The position numbers and the translations under genes are program-made. A stretch of DNA of 42,178 nt, from NCBI GenBank assembly GCA_010356995.1, contig ML996698.1:927923-970100 (forward strand), written 5' to 3'. Within the stretch, counting starts at the first letter, position 1. Each line of letters starts with the position of its first letter. Source of the DNA: Trichodelitschia bisporula. Lineage: Eukaryota. Shown here one piece after another: positions 25,090-36,120 of this stretch. The notes under the pieces are model-generated. The model saw only the letters and a program-made list of their open reading frames with translations. It ran no database searches and was not told where the DNA came from.

Positions 25090-25188
25090 TGTTTCAGCAA
25101 GGAGTTGGATGATGTACGGAGTCACGGATGTCATTAGCGGCATAGGAATGTGTCATAGGGTAATTTGAACGAAAACTGTAATCTACGC

Positions 25189-27101
25189 CTATAACTTCGC
25201 GCGCGGCCCCGCCCTGATCTCCTTAACCGCCTTGTCCCTCAAATCGCGCCTCAACAACTTCCCAAGTGCATTCTTCGGCAGCTCGTCCATGAACACGACC
25301 CCTCCACGCAGCTGCTTGTACGGCGCCAGCCGGGCCAGGACGAACTCCTTGACGTCTTCGGCCTTGAGGTTCGAACCAGGCCGTTTGACGACGTAGGCAC
25401 GGGGCACTTCTGACGAGGCTGGGCCGTCGCCTTGTTCCTCTGAGGGATCGGGGATGCCGACGACGGCGGCTTCCATGATTTCCGGGTGCGTGACGAGGAG
25501 GCCTTCAATTTCGGCGGGGGCGACTTGGAGGCCTTTGTATTTGATGAGTTCCTGCGGCGTGGTTAGTGGTGAAGGGAGGAGGAGGGTGAGGTACCTTGAT
25601 GCGGTCGATGATGTAGAACTTGCCGTTGCGGTCGACGGCAATGTCGCCGGTGGCAAACCAGCCGTTCCGGAAGGCCCCCTTGGTCGCAGCCTCGTTGCGC
25701 CAGTAGCCGTTGGTGACGACGGGGCCGCGGACGAGGATCTCGCCCGACTGGCCCGGTTCGACATCGTTATCCTGCTCGTCGACGATGCTAGGGTTAGGGT
25801 TAGCATATGGACGTCAGATATTTCGCAGAGGGTACACATACCGCAACTCCAAATTCGGCAGCACACCACTAATACTCCCCGTATCATCCGGCGTCTGCCC
25901 CCTCTCCGGTGCCGTCACTGCCCCCGTCGTCTCACTCAACCCCCACGCCTGACTCACATTCGTCTCCCCAACCCCAATCTTCTTCTTCGCCGCCTTCTGC
26001 AAATTCCCATCCAGCGGCGCCGCGCCTCCACTCGCATACACCAGCGTCTTGAAGTGATCCGTGACGGCCGGGTCCTTCGCAATCCGGAGATAGATGCTGG
26101 GCACGCTGTAGAAGGCCGTGATGCCCAGCGCCTTGTTGTACTTGAGGAAGTCGGGCCAGTTGTATTTGCGCATCCAGAAGACGGTGCCGCCGCTGTACGC
26201 GGGGCCGATGAGGTAGCCTGTTACGCCGGCGATGTGCGCGGCGGGCAGGTGGGCGAGGGTGCGGTAGGGGGGGAATTTGGCGCCGGCTTCGACTTGCTTC
26301 GCTGTCCACTCGCGTGACGAGCTGGTGAGGACGATGAGCTCGGCGACGAAGTTGAGGTGCGAAAGCATGACGCCTGGGTTACGGTTAGGGTTGGCGGGTA
26401 CCGAGTGCAGGATGGAGGCTTACCCTTCGGCTCGCCTGTCGTTCCCGACGAATAGAGCAGCACAATCAAGCTCTCCTTCAGCTTCTTCGGATCCGTAATC
26501 CGGTCCCACGTAAGCCGGTCGTACATTGACTTGCCGCGCAGCTCGCCCTCCTCGCCCTGTCCATCGATCCGCAGGCTCCAGTCTGGCTCGCTGCGGAGGA
26601 CGAGAATGGTAGCCGGTGCCTCCTTGACCGCCTCGCGCGCAATATCCAGCAGATCCTCGCTCACAATAACCAGGCTTCCGCCACCAGATTTGATTTGGCG
26701 CGCAGTCTCATGTGCCGTGCCCGACGGGCTCGCAAGGCTGGCGATACCGCCCGCGGCAATGATGCCGAAGAAAGCAGCGGGGTACGCCGGCTGGCCCGAC
26801 GAGAAAACGACGACAACATCCTTATTCGGGCCGCTGGCGCCAATGTTGAAACGGTTCCTTAGGCCGAAGGCAAATTCTTCAAAAAGCCTCCGCAGGCCGA
26901 CCTTGTTGAGACTGACACTCGGGGTCGCGGCGCTGGCGTGCAGCACCGAGTCGTCGAGCGCAGCCGAGTGCGGGGAAGCTTTGAGTGTGGGGTTAGCGTG
27001 CGGGGCTAGCAGCTCCCTTGGTTCGACTCACCAAACAGCAGCGTCAACAAGTCCACATCGGGGATGGGATAGGTCTTCGGGTGGCGATACGTCCTCGACA
27101 T
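25189..27101 (-). CDS. 4-coumarate-CoA-ligase-like (ANL superfamily) acyl-CoA synthetase with peroxisomal PTS1, 570 aa; exons 27101-27032, 26978-26424, 26373-25842, 25787-25595, 25551-25189
   Basis: AMP-binding motif YSSGTTGEPKG, QAWGLSET, TGD and DRIKELIKYKGLQVAPAEIE, ELPKNALGKLLRR; C-terminal AKL. Exons sum to 1713 nt. Intron 1 uses an AAG acceptor. Confidence 0.95.
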
Positions 27102-27498
27102 AATTGCATTCGTGAGGAATTGAGCCGTTGCTTCCCTCACTGGCCTTCTTACATCGTTGCGGAGCGTTGAGGGCTCCAGCATTACCGAGGCTCAGTATGC
27201 ATTCGAGGCGCCCACACAGCCCTGCAGCAGCGAATCAGCGCAGGCCTTTTACGATGCCGCTACCGCTCGCGACCGGCGCACCAGCTGCATAGCCGTGGAG
27301 AGAGGTTGGTAATTGCGGGGAAAGCGTTCGCTTCAATCACTGCTTGCGGAAGGATGTAGGGATAGCCCGGTCAGGGCTGTGAATTCGAGCACTTATGTAC
27401 AATAGTTTCCCGTCCCAAAACGCCGGCCTTGAAGGCTTCGCTGAAAATCAATGATGAATCGTCGCCCAAAACACCCATTCGTCTCTGGCGTGTACCCG

Positions 27499-27766
27499 TC
27501 ATGCCGCGGCGGGATACCGCGTGCCCTCGTGGATCGGCTCCTCGCCGTGCGTGATGCGCAGCTCCTGCCGGTGGCGCGACTCTTCGAAGCGTGTCCGCGC
27601 GTCGTCGATCTTGGAGCCTTCGCCCCTGGCAGAGATGAATGTGTATGTTCCGGCCGTAGCTGGGCATGTTAGCAGGGGAATCGTGGGTGAGAAGAGTATT
27701 GTACGAACCCATGAAGACGAGGAAGGGAGGGAGGATGGACTTGGAGGCTTTGGCGGCGACCGACAT
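27499..27766 (-). CDS. 72-aa spliced small protein with one hydrophobic segment; exons 27766-27709, 27659-27499
   Basis: Intron GTTCGT...GCTAACATGCCCAG (27708-27660) joins MSVAAKASKSILPPFLVFM to ATAGTYTFISARGEGSKIDDARTRFEESRHRQELRITHGEEPIHEGTRYPAAA*. TATA-like TTTAAA lies about 160 bp upstream. Confidence 0.75.
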
Positions 27767-27866
27767 ATTTCTGATTGGTGGTCTGTGGTGATTGGAGAGA
27801 TGTGCAGATGGAGGAGAGGCTGAAAAATTGTTTGCAAGGCTGATTGATGCGGATGCTGGTGATGGT

Positions 27867-27897
27867 TGATGCTGATGCTGATGCTGATGCTGATGCT
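27867..27897. repeat. (TGATGC)5 microsatellite in the presumed 5' leader of the small gene
   Basis: tgatgctgatgctgatgctgatgctgatgct. Confidence 0.9.
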
Positions 27898-29450
27898 CGA
27901 ACTCACGGCGGCTCGTCGAGGTTTAAATCCCCTACGCACTCACCGAAGAAGCAGAGAGTACCGCCGCGTGGCGTACGCTTTTCCATGGCCAGATGCTCCA
28001 TTTCCATGTTCGGCGGACTCCGAACCATCGTGAATGCGAGACGTGAGTTGGCAGTGGCATGATGGGCCTCCTTAGCCAAGAGCCAAGTGGAAAAGTACTT
28101 GTCCGCGTATCCGCAACTTTGGGTCTCCCGGTAGGCAGCGACTTCGCCTTGTCCGGTGGCACCACCACAGCCGCGCTAGGAGCCGCGCTTCAGATCCGCG
28201 AGCCATATCAAGGCAAGTTCGTGCAGCTGGCGTATTTCCTCAGCCATTCACATGAGTCGGCAGCGTTTCGGAGAGCTCGGGGACAGGTTTTTACGCTAAA
28301 ATCGTCGCTAAGGAGGCTGGATGCCCATCGACCATTGAGCGCCTGAAGGCCGAGTAGGCCGAAATCACCGAACGAGGCCTTGAGGACTCCAGTGTGAGGC
28401 ATGGAATCGGGATGCTCGGGCTTCTTCATGCTCTGCGTGCCGGTATATGGATGTGCCCTATTATCATACTTTTCTTGCACAGTTTCGGTTTTCCCCGGTA
28501 TCAAGAGCCGAGCTGGCGTCCCACAAACCTTTTCGCCGTTTTTCCTGACCTTTCCAACTCCGTGCCATCCCAACTCGATTTACATCCAGCTTCGCATCTC
28601 TAAATCCGGGGAAATCGATGCCTGCATTGTTGAGTATGCCGCCGATCTAGAATCCAGTAATGTCCTGTGCTGTTGTCGTCGCTGCATTGGATTCCTCGCT
28701 TGACGGATTATTGAGTCTCTTTGATGCTGCGAACTGCCACTGGAGGCTACGAAGAAAGAATTCAAACAGGACACGGAGCTGAAGAGTAGGGGAGAGCGTC
28801 CACCGATAACTACCGGTACGAAGAGAAGTGATTTCTGCTGATTTGTAGTATTGAGCGTCCATCTTCGCCTTGACATGGTGCCGTACTCGGTACCGTTGAC
28901 CTAACTGGGCCGAGTTGGTACCCCTCATCGCAGCAACCCCAGATCGAGATCAAATAGTCCACTCGAAAAGGTTGTAGCCACCACTGGCAAAGGTAGTAGC
29001 CGTCTTTCCCCTAGACTTTTGCGGAGTAATGCGCATAAACTTTAGAGAGAGGGGCCATCATTTTTTCGGGAGGCGCTGATTTCCAGCGCCACACACGCCA
29101 CAAAAACGTGCCCCGCACTCCGCTTCCAGTTATCATGGCGGAAACGATGACATCTCGTATCCCAAACCTCACTCGCAACAGCTGGCTGTCGGTAATTTCT
29201 CACTGCCCATCACGGTTCGACCCAGATTTGAAAGACGCACGTACGTGTCCTTGACGCGTCCTTCTGCGCGTCACTGGGCAGGACCTACGGGCCGCTGTTA
29301 AATCCTGCTACCGCGCCCCGCGTTCTAGCTCCTGCGCACCGCACGCGTCGCTCGACTTTCCAAACACCCCGCACTCGATCTCACGAACACCGCACACTCA
29401 ATCTTGCAACCGATCCTTAGTGCTGTTACATTAATCGACCGCTCCACAAG

Positions 29451-30143
29451 ATGCCTTGCGAGCACGAACATGACGGCCACGGTCACGGAGATGAGTGCGA
29501 CCATGGCCCAACCGACGAACTCGCCCACCAGAAACTCCTGTACCAAGAGATCGACTTCGATTCTGTGCGCTGCCAGGGCGGCGAGTCGAACAATGCGAAG
29601 GCGGTTGTCAAGAAAACATATGCCGAGCGGCTTTCCACCGAGCCGACTCTGACGAGCGCCTGCGACGCCGAGATGTTGGTGACCGTACCGTATGTTCCCC
29701 TCCCCGCTGTCACCGAGTTGTGCTCACTCTTCCACAGGTTCACCGGCCAAGTGCGCCTCCACTCGATCCTCATCCGCACGAGCGACAGCGACAACGCGCC
29801 CAGCACACTCAAGGTCTTTGTGAACATGGATCAGTTGGAGTTGAGCGACGTAGCAGACAAGAAACCAACGCAAACTTTCGAGTTGCCGCGCACCAACGCC
29901 GTTCAGGAGCTGCCGATCAAGCGCGTGTTTTTCAGCCGCGCCACCTCGCTCTCCTTCTTCTTCGCGGACAACCACTCGGGCGACGATGAGGAACCTACAA
30001 CCATCTCGTGGCTGGCCTTCAAGGGGGACTACATGCCGCTGAATCGCAAGCCGATCAGCGTCACATACGAGGCGTTTGCGAACCCGGCTACGGCGGACAA
30101 GATTCCCGGCATCGCGAATGGGCTCGGTCAGATCGGTGATTAG
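29451..30143 (+). CDS. PITH-domain (DUF1000) protein, PITHD1-like; exons 29451-29689, 29738-30143
   Basis: His-rich N-terminus HEHDGHGHGDECDH, LYQEIDFDSV, SACDAEMLVTVP-FTGQVRLHSILIR, APSTLKVFVN and YEAFANPA. In-frame 48-nt intron GTATGT...CACAG. Confidence 0.92.
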   Translation: MPCEHEHDGHGHGDECDHGPTDELAHQKLLYQEIDFDSVRCQGGESNNAKAVVKKTYAERLSTEPTLTSACDAEMLVTVPYVPLPAVTELCSLFHRFTGQVRLHSILIRTSDSDNAPSTLKVFVNMDQLELSDVADKKPTQTFELPRTNAVQELPIKRVFFSRATSLSFFFADNHSGDDEEPTTISWLAFKGDYMPLNRKPISVTYEAFANPATADKIPGIANGLGQIGD

Positions 30144-30253
30144 TGCGAGGGGCACCTGGCTAGGTGGGGCGTTACGGTCGATATCTGGTTGCATATTCTG
30201 CTAGGCGTTAAGATCGGGTCCTAAAAGATACACGTTTTCGGGATACATCTGGT

Positions 30254-30317
30254 CTGGTTTTCGGATGCTGTGCCATCCATAGGTCTGACCTGGTTTTCCG
30301 ATGTGGTGTCATCCATA
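30254..30317. repeat. Imperfect direct repeat, 36-bp period, downstream of the PITH gene
   Basis: ctggttttcggatgctgtgccatccata (30254) versus ctggttttccgatgtggtgtcatccata (30290). Confidence 0.75.
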
Positions 30318-30948
30318 CGTTCGAGGCGTTGCTGGTTTCCAGTTTAACGTCAAATGAAAGCAGGTTCAGCTCCACGGCTTGAAGTGTGTGACTCCTCTAC
30401 TAGCCACACCGCCTGGCGAAACCCCTCAGGTAAAATTCATATGTAAAACCGAAGGACAACCCGAGCATTGCCCGCTTCTGGAGGGACTTCAATGCACATA
30501 TCATTCGGTCTTCAATCCCGTTACAGCCGACCGGCATACCCGACTGTCTTTTGCTTCACTTCGGCGCTTTGGATAACAATTCAATCGATTCAGTGCTCAT
30601 CTTGTTACGATCAAGATGACAACCATAATCCCGACTGTCGGGAATTTTTCTTTCCAAAGCGAAAGTGTCCGTTTTACCTTCAGTCTACGAGTTTCTCTTT
30701 CGCTTACCGCCGCAATCTTTGCAGTGGGATGCTTTACAGATACTTCATTCTCCAGCTTGTTGTGCCTTGTACTTTCAGCCTTGCCGCTCGCGTGTGGCTG
30801 TCGTATAAGCTTCCAGGCGCTGCTGACAAATTGGTGACCAGTGAGGCCTCAGGTATCAACCCGTGACGACATGGCGCATGGACTTCACACGACCAAAGTG
30901 ACTGTGTTTGCCACCACCTCTCACCTTCCAACCACCACCACCGCAGCC

Positions 30949-31518
30949 ATGATATTACGGTCTGCACTTCTTCCAGTACGCTTCCCAGTTGCCTTACCTG
31001 CGCAAAGCTAACAGCCAGGCCTTCCGGCACGCCGCGCGCCCCGCCGCCGCACGCCCCTCCGCCCTCCGCTTCCTCACTCCCTTCCAGGCCCGTTTCCTCT
31101 CCGACGCCACCCGTCAAGCCATTGACCAGGCGGTCAAGTCGTCGCCGGTCGTGCTTTTCATGAAAGGCACGCCTGAGACGCCGCAGTGCGGATTCTCGCG
31201 CGCCACGATCCAGATTCTGGGGGTGCAGGGCGTGGATCCCGGGAAGTTCACGGCCTTCAACGTTCTCGAGGATGAGGAGCTGCGGCAAGGTGTGTTCTGC
31301 GGTTGCCATTTGTGTTGCGGATTGCTGACCTTTCAGGTATCAAGGAGTATTCCGAGTGGCCGACGATTCCCCAGCTCTATGTGAACAAGGAGTTCATCGG
31401 TGGCTGCGACATCGTGCTCAGTATGCACCAGGACGGAACACTTGCCAAACTGCTGGAGGAAAAGGGTGTGTTGGCGCCGATGGAAGAGACTGCAGAGGGA
31501 GCGCAGCCGGAGAAGTAG
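30949..31518 (+). CDS. GRX5: Mitochondrial monothiol glutaredoxin Grx5; exons 30949-30975, 31019-31289, 31337-31518
   Basis: Arg/Ala-rich presequence [17 protein letters not shown]..., [17 protein letters not shown] (CGFS active site), [25 protein letters not shown]; canonical introns. Confidence 0.96.
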
Positions 31519-31850
31519 TCAGACAGCAATGATGGTGAGGCGTCTGTATGAATTCAGAGCTCAGCAGACACCTTAGTTCTTTTGAACTTTGCTTTGCGTT
31601 GACTATGTCAGTTGACGATGGTTCCCAGATTATCTCGCTCGCAGGTGTATATGTTGCCGGTGGTGCTGTATCGTTGTCTGTTGCGGGCTTTCTGGGTCGC
31701 CGACATCGGTCAGGGTCGGGATGCCGTCATTGCCATGTGGGCGGCTGTCTGAGACATCTTTCTCAACATCTCGTCGCGGTCTACCATCTCAACGACACTC
31801 TGCCATACCATTCTTCTCAGCTACTGATTCATTCATTTGCTCGTTCCACC

Positions 31851-32589
31851 ATGGCTCGCACCCCAAAGAAAGTCCGCTTTGGCGCCCCATACCCCTCCCC
31901 ATGCACCACCTCCGCACGCAAGCGCGAAAAACTGCTCACCAAACCCACGCCGCTCCCCATCCACACCCACAAGCAACGCAAGAAGCGGTCCAACCCGCCC
32001 TCAGATCCCTACGTCGTCGCCTTCAAAGGTAGCAAGCCTTCATTTTCGCCATTCCTGCTAAGCTCACCCCGCAGACACCGCAGACGCTTACCGCACCAAT
32101 CTCCTCGCCGACGGCCTAGCCCGTATCGGCACCGTGCACGAAGAACTGGTCGAACGCCTGGAGAAGGGCGCGGCGGACAAGCCTTCCACCGCTGCGCGCT
32201 TGGCCGACTTGCGCGACGAGTTCCGCGATGCTACTGACTCTTTTGGGGATACGCAGCTTGTGCGCACGGTGCCGCAGGAGGGTGGGCCGCCGGTGCAGAC
32301 CACGGTTACGCTGGGGGAGAGGATGGCGGAGTTTAAAAGTCGGATTGCGTACGCCGAGAAGAGGACTGCGGCCCTTGCGGGGGAGTATGAGCGGTTGACG
32401 AATGAGATTGAGAGCTGTGTTGGCCGGATTATGGAGCTCCATGATGAGGGGCTGGAGGCTGCTGAGAAGGCTCTTAGGGCTGAGGTCGGCGAGTTGGGGG
32501 AGGAGGCGGTGCAGGGGATGGGGCGGGTTAAAGAGCAGGAGAATGCGCTTAAGAAGAACTTGCTGGAGGCACTGGAGAAGTGGGCGTAG
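31851..32589 (+). CDS. Hypothetical 230-aa protein with a basic N-terminus and coiled-coil C-terminus; exons 31851-32028, 32075-32589
   Basis: CCACCATGG start; intron GTAGCA...GCTAAG...CGCAG (32029-32074) joins MARTPKKVRFG... to DTADAYRTNLLADG...LGERMAEFKSRIAYAEKRTAALAGEYERL in frame. Confidence 0.75.
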
Positions 32590-33816
32590 GGGTTTATCGA
32601 AGGGGAAGTTTTTCCACGATACCCTACGTTCGAAGCCCAAGCAGAGGGCTTGCGAGTTGCAAGTCGCAGTACTTTGATGATTAACATTTGCGCTCATAGG
32701 TAGTCCAAGATCCTCGTGCGTCATAGGTCACGGCTTCCAACATCACTTCAACATTATCTCTTAGTTGTTCTCTCCGGAACGCCGATCGCCTGGGCCCTCA
32801 TCCCTCGTTCCCACCATTGCTAGAAGCTCCCAAAGTTAGAAGAGGTCAGCCCCTTACTGGTCAACAAGCTCTCCTAAAGTCACGGACATGGTAATGTCCA
32901 CAGACAACCTACCGGCGTCTCGGGATCGGTAAGGAGCAGCGAGACGTCCCTCGTTCCTTTGCTTAGGCTCTCCTGGCTTGAGCACTCCTGAATACCGTAC
33001 GCCCTCAGCCGCAAACCTACCCAAGCTGACGGTATCATCGGAGATCTGCAGCAAGGCTGTGCCACGACAGGAGGATGGAAGGGTTGGAGCGACGTATCAC
33101 AGGCGTTTATGTAGTGAGGTGCCCGGCATGCTTCAAATCGTGTTTAGCGGTCAGCTTCGACATCCGAAGACATAGAAGTTGGCTCAGTGTGAAGCTACAT
33201 GAGTGTTTGTCTAGTATCCCTTCATATTTGACGGTCCCAGGAGCACATGGAGCAATACATGGGGACGAACCGACTCTTGCCTTCGGAAAATCGAAGTCCA
33301 GCCCACTTCACCTCGGCAGAGCAGATATGGCTGTCAATCACCGCATTCGCCCCAAGGGAGACTCTCCGCCATGTCCAAAATGGCGGAGCACTCACCCAAC
33401 TCGACGTGGCCGTCGAGCTCCCAAAAAATGGTTAACCCAGGCACGCCATAGCCTCGCGGGCACGCCACAGCCTTGCGGGGGCCTCGCCTTTCGCCATCGA
33501 CATGTGGACTCCACTCGACAGCCGAGCCCGTCGGGTACAATCTCATCCGGTAACCACGCCGAATATCGCACCGTACCACGACACACTAACCACGCACGCA
33601 TCACAACATCCCGCATCACGACATTCCTCTCCATCATGTCACTCTGTGGGGACAAGGCGTGCTCGACATCGCAGCGTCCCACCGGCGATACTCGGCAGCA
33701 AGCCAACTCGCCGACGATGTATTTCAAGTCCCCGCCTTGCGTTCGTTCGTCCACATCGCTGACCGCCACGACTGCCCGCCCTTCTGCGCTAGTGATTCGT
33801 TAGCACCATTCGCGAT

Positions 33817-35618
33817 ATGGCGAGCGAACACGTGACTCTCGAAGCGCCGCTTGAGACGCCCCTTGTGCCTGACACCGGCGCTGCGACGGGTGTGGCGCTT
33901 GGGTACCCGGTTGAGACGTTGGAGCTCGTAGAGCGGTTTATTGACGATGTAAGGCCGTTGCGGGTTGCGGTCATTGGCGCGGGGCTGGCGGGCATCACGG
34001 CTGGTGTTCTGCTCCCAGTGAAGGTGCCGGGCATTGAGTTGACTATTTTCGACAAGAATGCCGATGTGGTGAGTGCGTTTCGAGTGGCTGCTTCGAGGCT
34101 GACCGCAGCGGATAGGGCGGGACGTGGTTCGAGAACATATACCCGGGCGTGCGTTGCGACATCCCCGCACACGTGTACCAGGCGACCTTCGCGCCGAACA
34201 CGCAGTGGACGGAGCAATTCGCACAAGGATCCGAGATCTTGCAGTACTGGAAGGACATTGCGAAGAGGTACGACGTGTATCGCCACCTGAAGCTCTCGCA
34301 CCGCGTGAACGAAGCCGTCTGGGACGACAACACATCAACATGGGCCGTGAACGTCACCAATCTTGCCGGCGGCGAGACCGCCGTCCACACATTCGACTTC
34401 GTGCTTACCGCCATCGGCCGCTTCAACGACTGGAGACTCCCCGACTACCCAGGCCTCACCGATTTCAAAGGCGTCTTGCGGCACGCGTCCAATTGGGATC
34501 CCATCTTCGACCCCGCGGGCAAGGCCGTGGCTGTCATCGGCAACGGCGCCAGTGGCATCCAGCTCGTGCCCAACTTGCAGCCCATTGTATCACGGCTGGA
34601 CCACTATGCCCGCAACAAGACCTGGATCGCGGGGTCGTGGGCCGGCGACGAGCGCACCTTTGAGCCGCAATACTACTCCGAGGAGCAAAGGGAGTCGTTC
34701 AAGGACCCGGCGACCTACCTCGCCTTCCGCAAGGAGCTCGAGGACAAGTACTGGCGCCGTTTCGCCGCACTCTTTCGCGGTTCGGGGGAAAATGCTGGCG
34801 CGCGGGAACACTTCACACAATTGATGCGTGAGCGATCGGGCGGCAAGTTGGATGACTTGATTCCCGACTTCTCGCCCAACTGCCGCCGGCCAACGCCTGG
34901 GCCGCGCTACCTCGAGTCGCTCACGGAGCCCAACGTCGACTATATCCGCACGCCGATTGCCCGCTTCACTGCTACGGGCATTGAAACCGTCGACGGCAAG
35001 CACCGCGAGGTCGACGCCATAATCTGCGCCACTGGCGCCAACATCGATATGGCGCCGCCCTTCCCGATCCGCGCGCGGCGAACAGATCTCAAGGAGGCGT
35101 GGAAGGACTTCCCGCACACGTACATGGGCCTCGCGACGCCCGGCTTCCCAAACCTGCTCTTCATTCACGGGCCGCACGGCACCGGTGCATCTGGGACTGT
35201 CCCGCAAAGCGTCGAGGTGCAACTTACCTACTTTGCCAAACTCTTGCGCAAGGCGTCCCGCGAGGGCGTCAAAACGATCGAGCCGTCGCAGAAGGCAACC
35301 GATGAGTTCGCCGCGTACAACGACGCCTTCTTCGCGCGGACGGTGCTGTCCGACCCATGCAGCTCGTGGTACAACGGCGGGAAGACTGGCGGCCGCGTCC
35401 ATGGCTTATTTCCGGGCAGTGCGGCGCATGTGACGGCGGTGCGGCGCGAGCCGCGGTGGGAGGACTGGGAGTACACGTATCTAGAGGCGAACCGCTTCGC
35501 GTGGTATTTTGGGAATGGATGGTCGCGGCGGGAGCAAGATCCAGATGCGGATATGACGCCGTATTTGGCGGGGGGCGATCTCCGGGATTTACACGAGAGT
35601 TGGTGGAGTCTGCCTTAG
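33817..35618 (+). CDS. FAD/NADPH-dependent Baeyer-Villiger-type (class B) flavin monooxygenase, 584 aa; exons 33817-34068, 34116-35618
   Basis: First Rossmann motif VIGAGLAG, GGTWFENIYPGVRCD, BVMO fingerprint FKGVLRHASNWD (FxGxxxHxxxW), second Rossmann motif IGNGASG, CATG and CSSWYNGG. Confidence 0.95.
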
Positions 35619-36120
35619 TTGAATGCATTGAGTGGTCTGTCGATAGCCTTGCTGCTGGAAATCGTGCTATTGCTGTGATTGTCTCGAATGCCGCGTTCTC
35701 GCTTGCTTCCCGGCAAGCTATTGGCGAGCATACGGCGAAGTGTTGCCCGAAATGATGCCCGGACTGGTTCTGGGAAGTCGCGCAGACCGTCGCATGCAGT
35801 CTTTGCAGCCCGCGCATTGATCGCCCGCTAACACTCTGAACTGCAAGCTTACGATCGCGACCTGACGGCCGAGCTTCACTAGTCCCCACGTCCCAGGTCC
35901 AGAAGCGTGGGGCCCAGTATGGCGTGCGAGCCCCACGGCCTGTCGTGAGCGCCAACCTCGTGGCGTGCAGCCTCGCGAACGCCACAACGGCTGTATGAAT
36001 GCGCGGACCTCAGCCTTGGGGGTTAAATAGCTATGAGACGTATCTCCATCAAAGGACAGGCAATCGGAGTCCAGAATTGACAGTCAGACATTCGGACAGC
36101 AGAGCCAGTCTCACGTCTCC

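Noticed and set aside
23157..25100. 647-aa minus-strand ORF
   Set aside because: Antisense shadow of the + strand gene, expected from GC-rich codon usage; it has no motifs of its own.
32700..33800. ORFs of 60-242 aa upstream of the BVMO
   Set aside because: No recognisable domain; the distal part overlaps the motif-bearing BVMO promoter.
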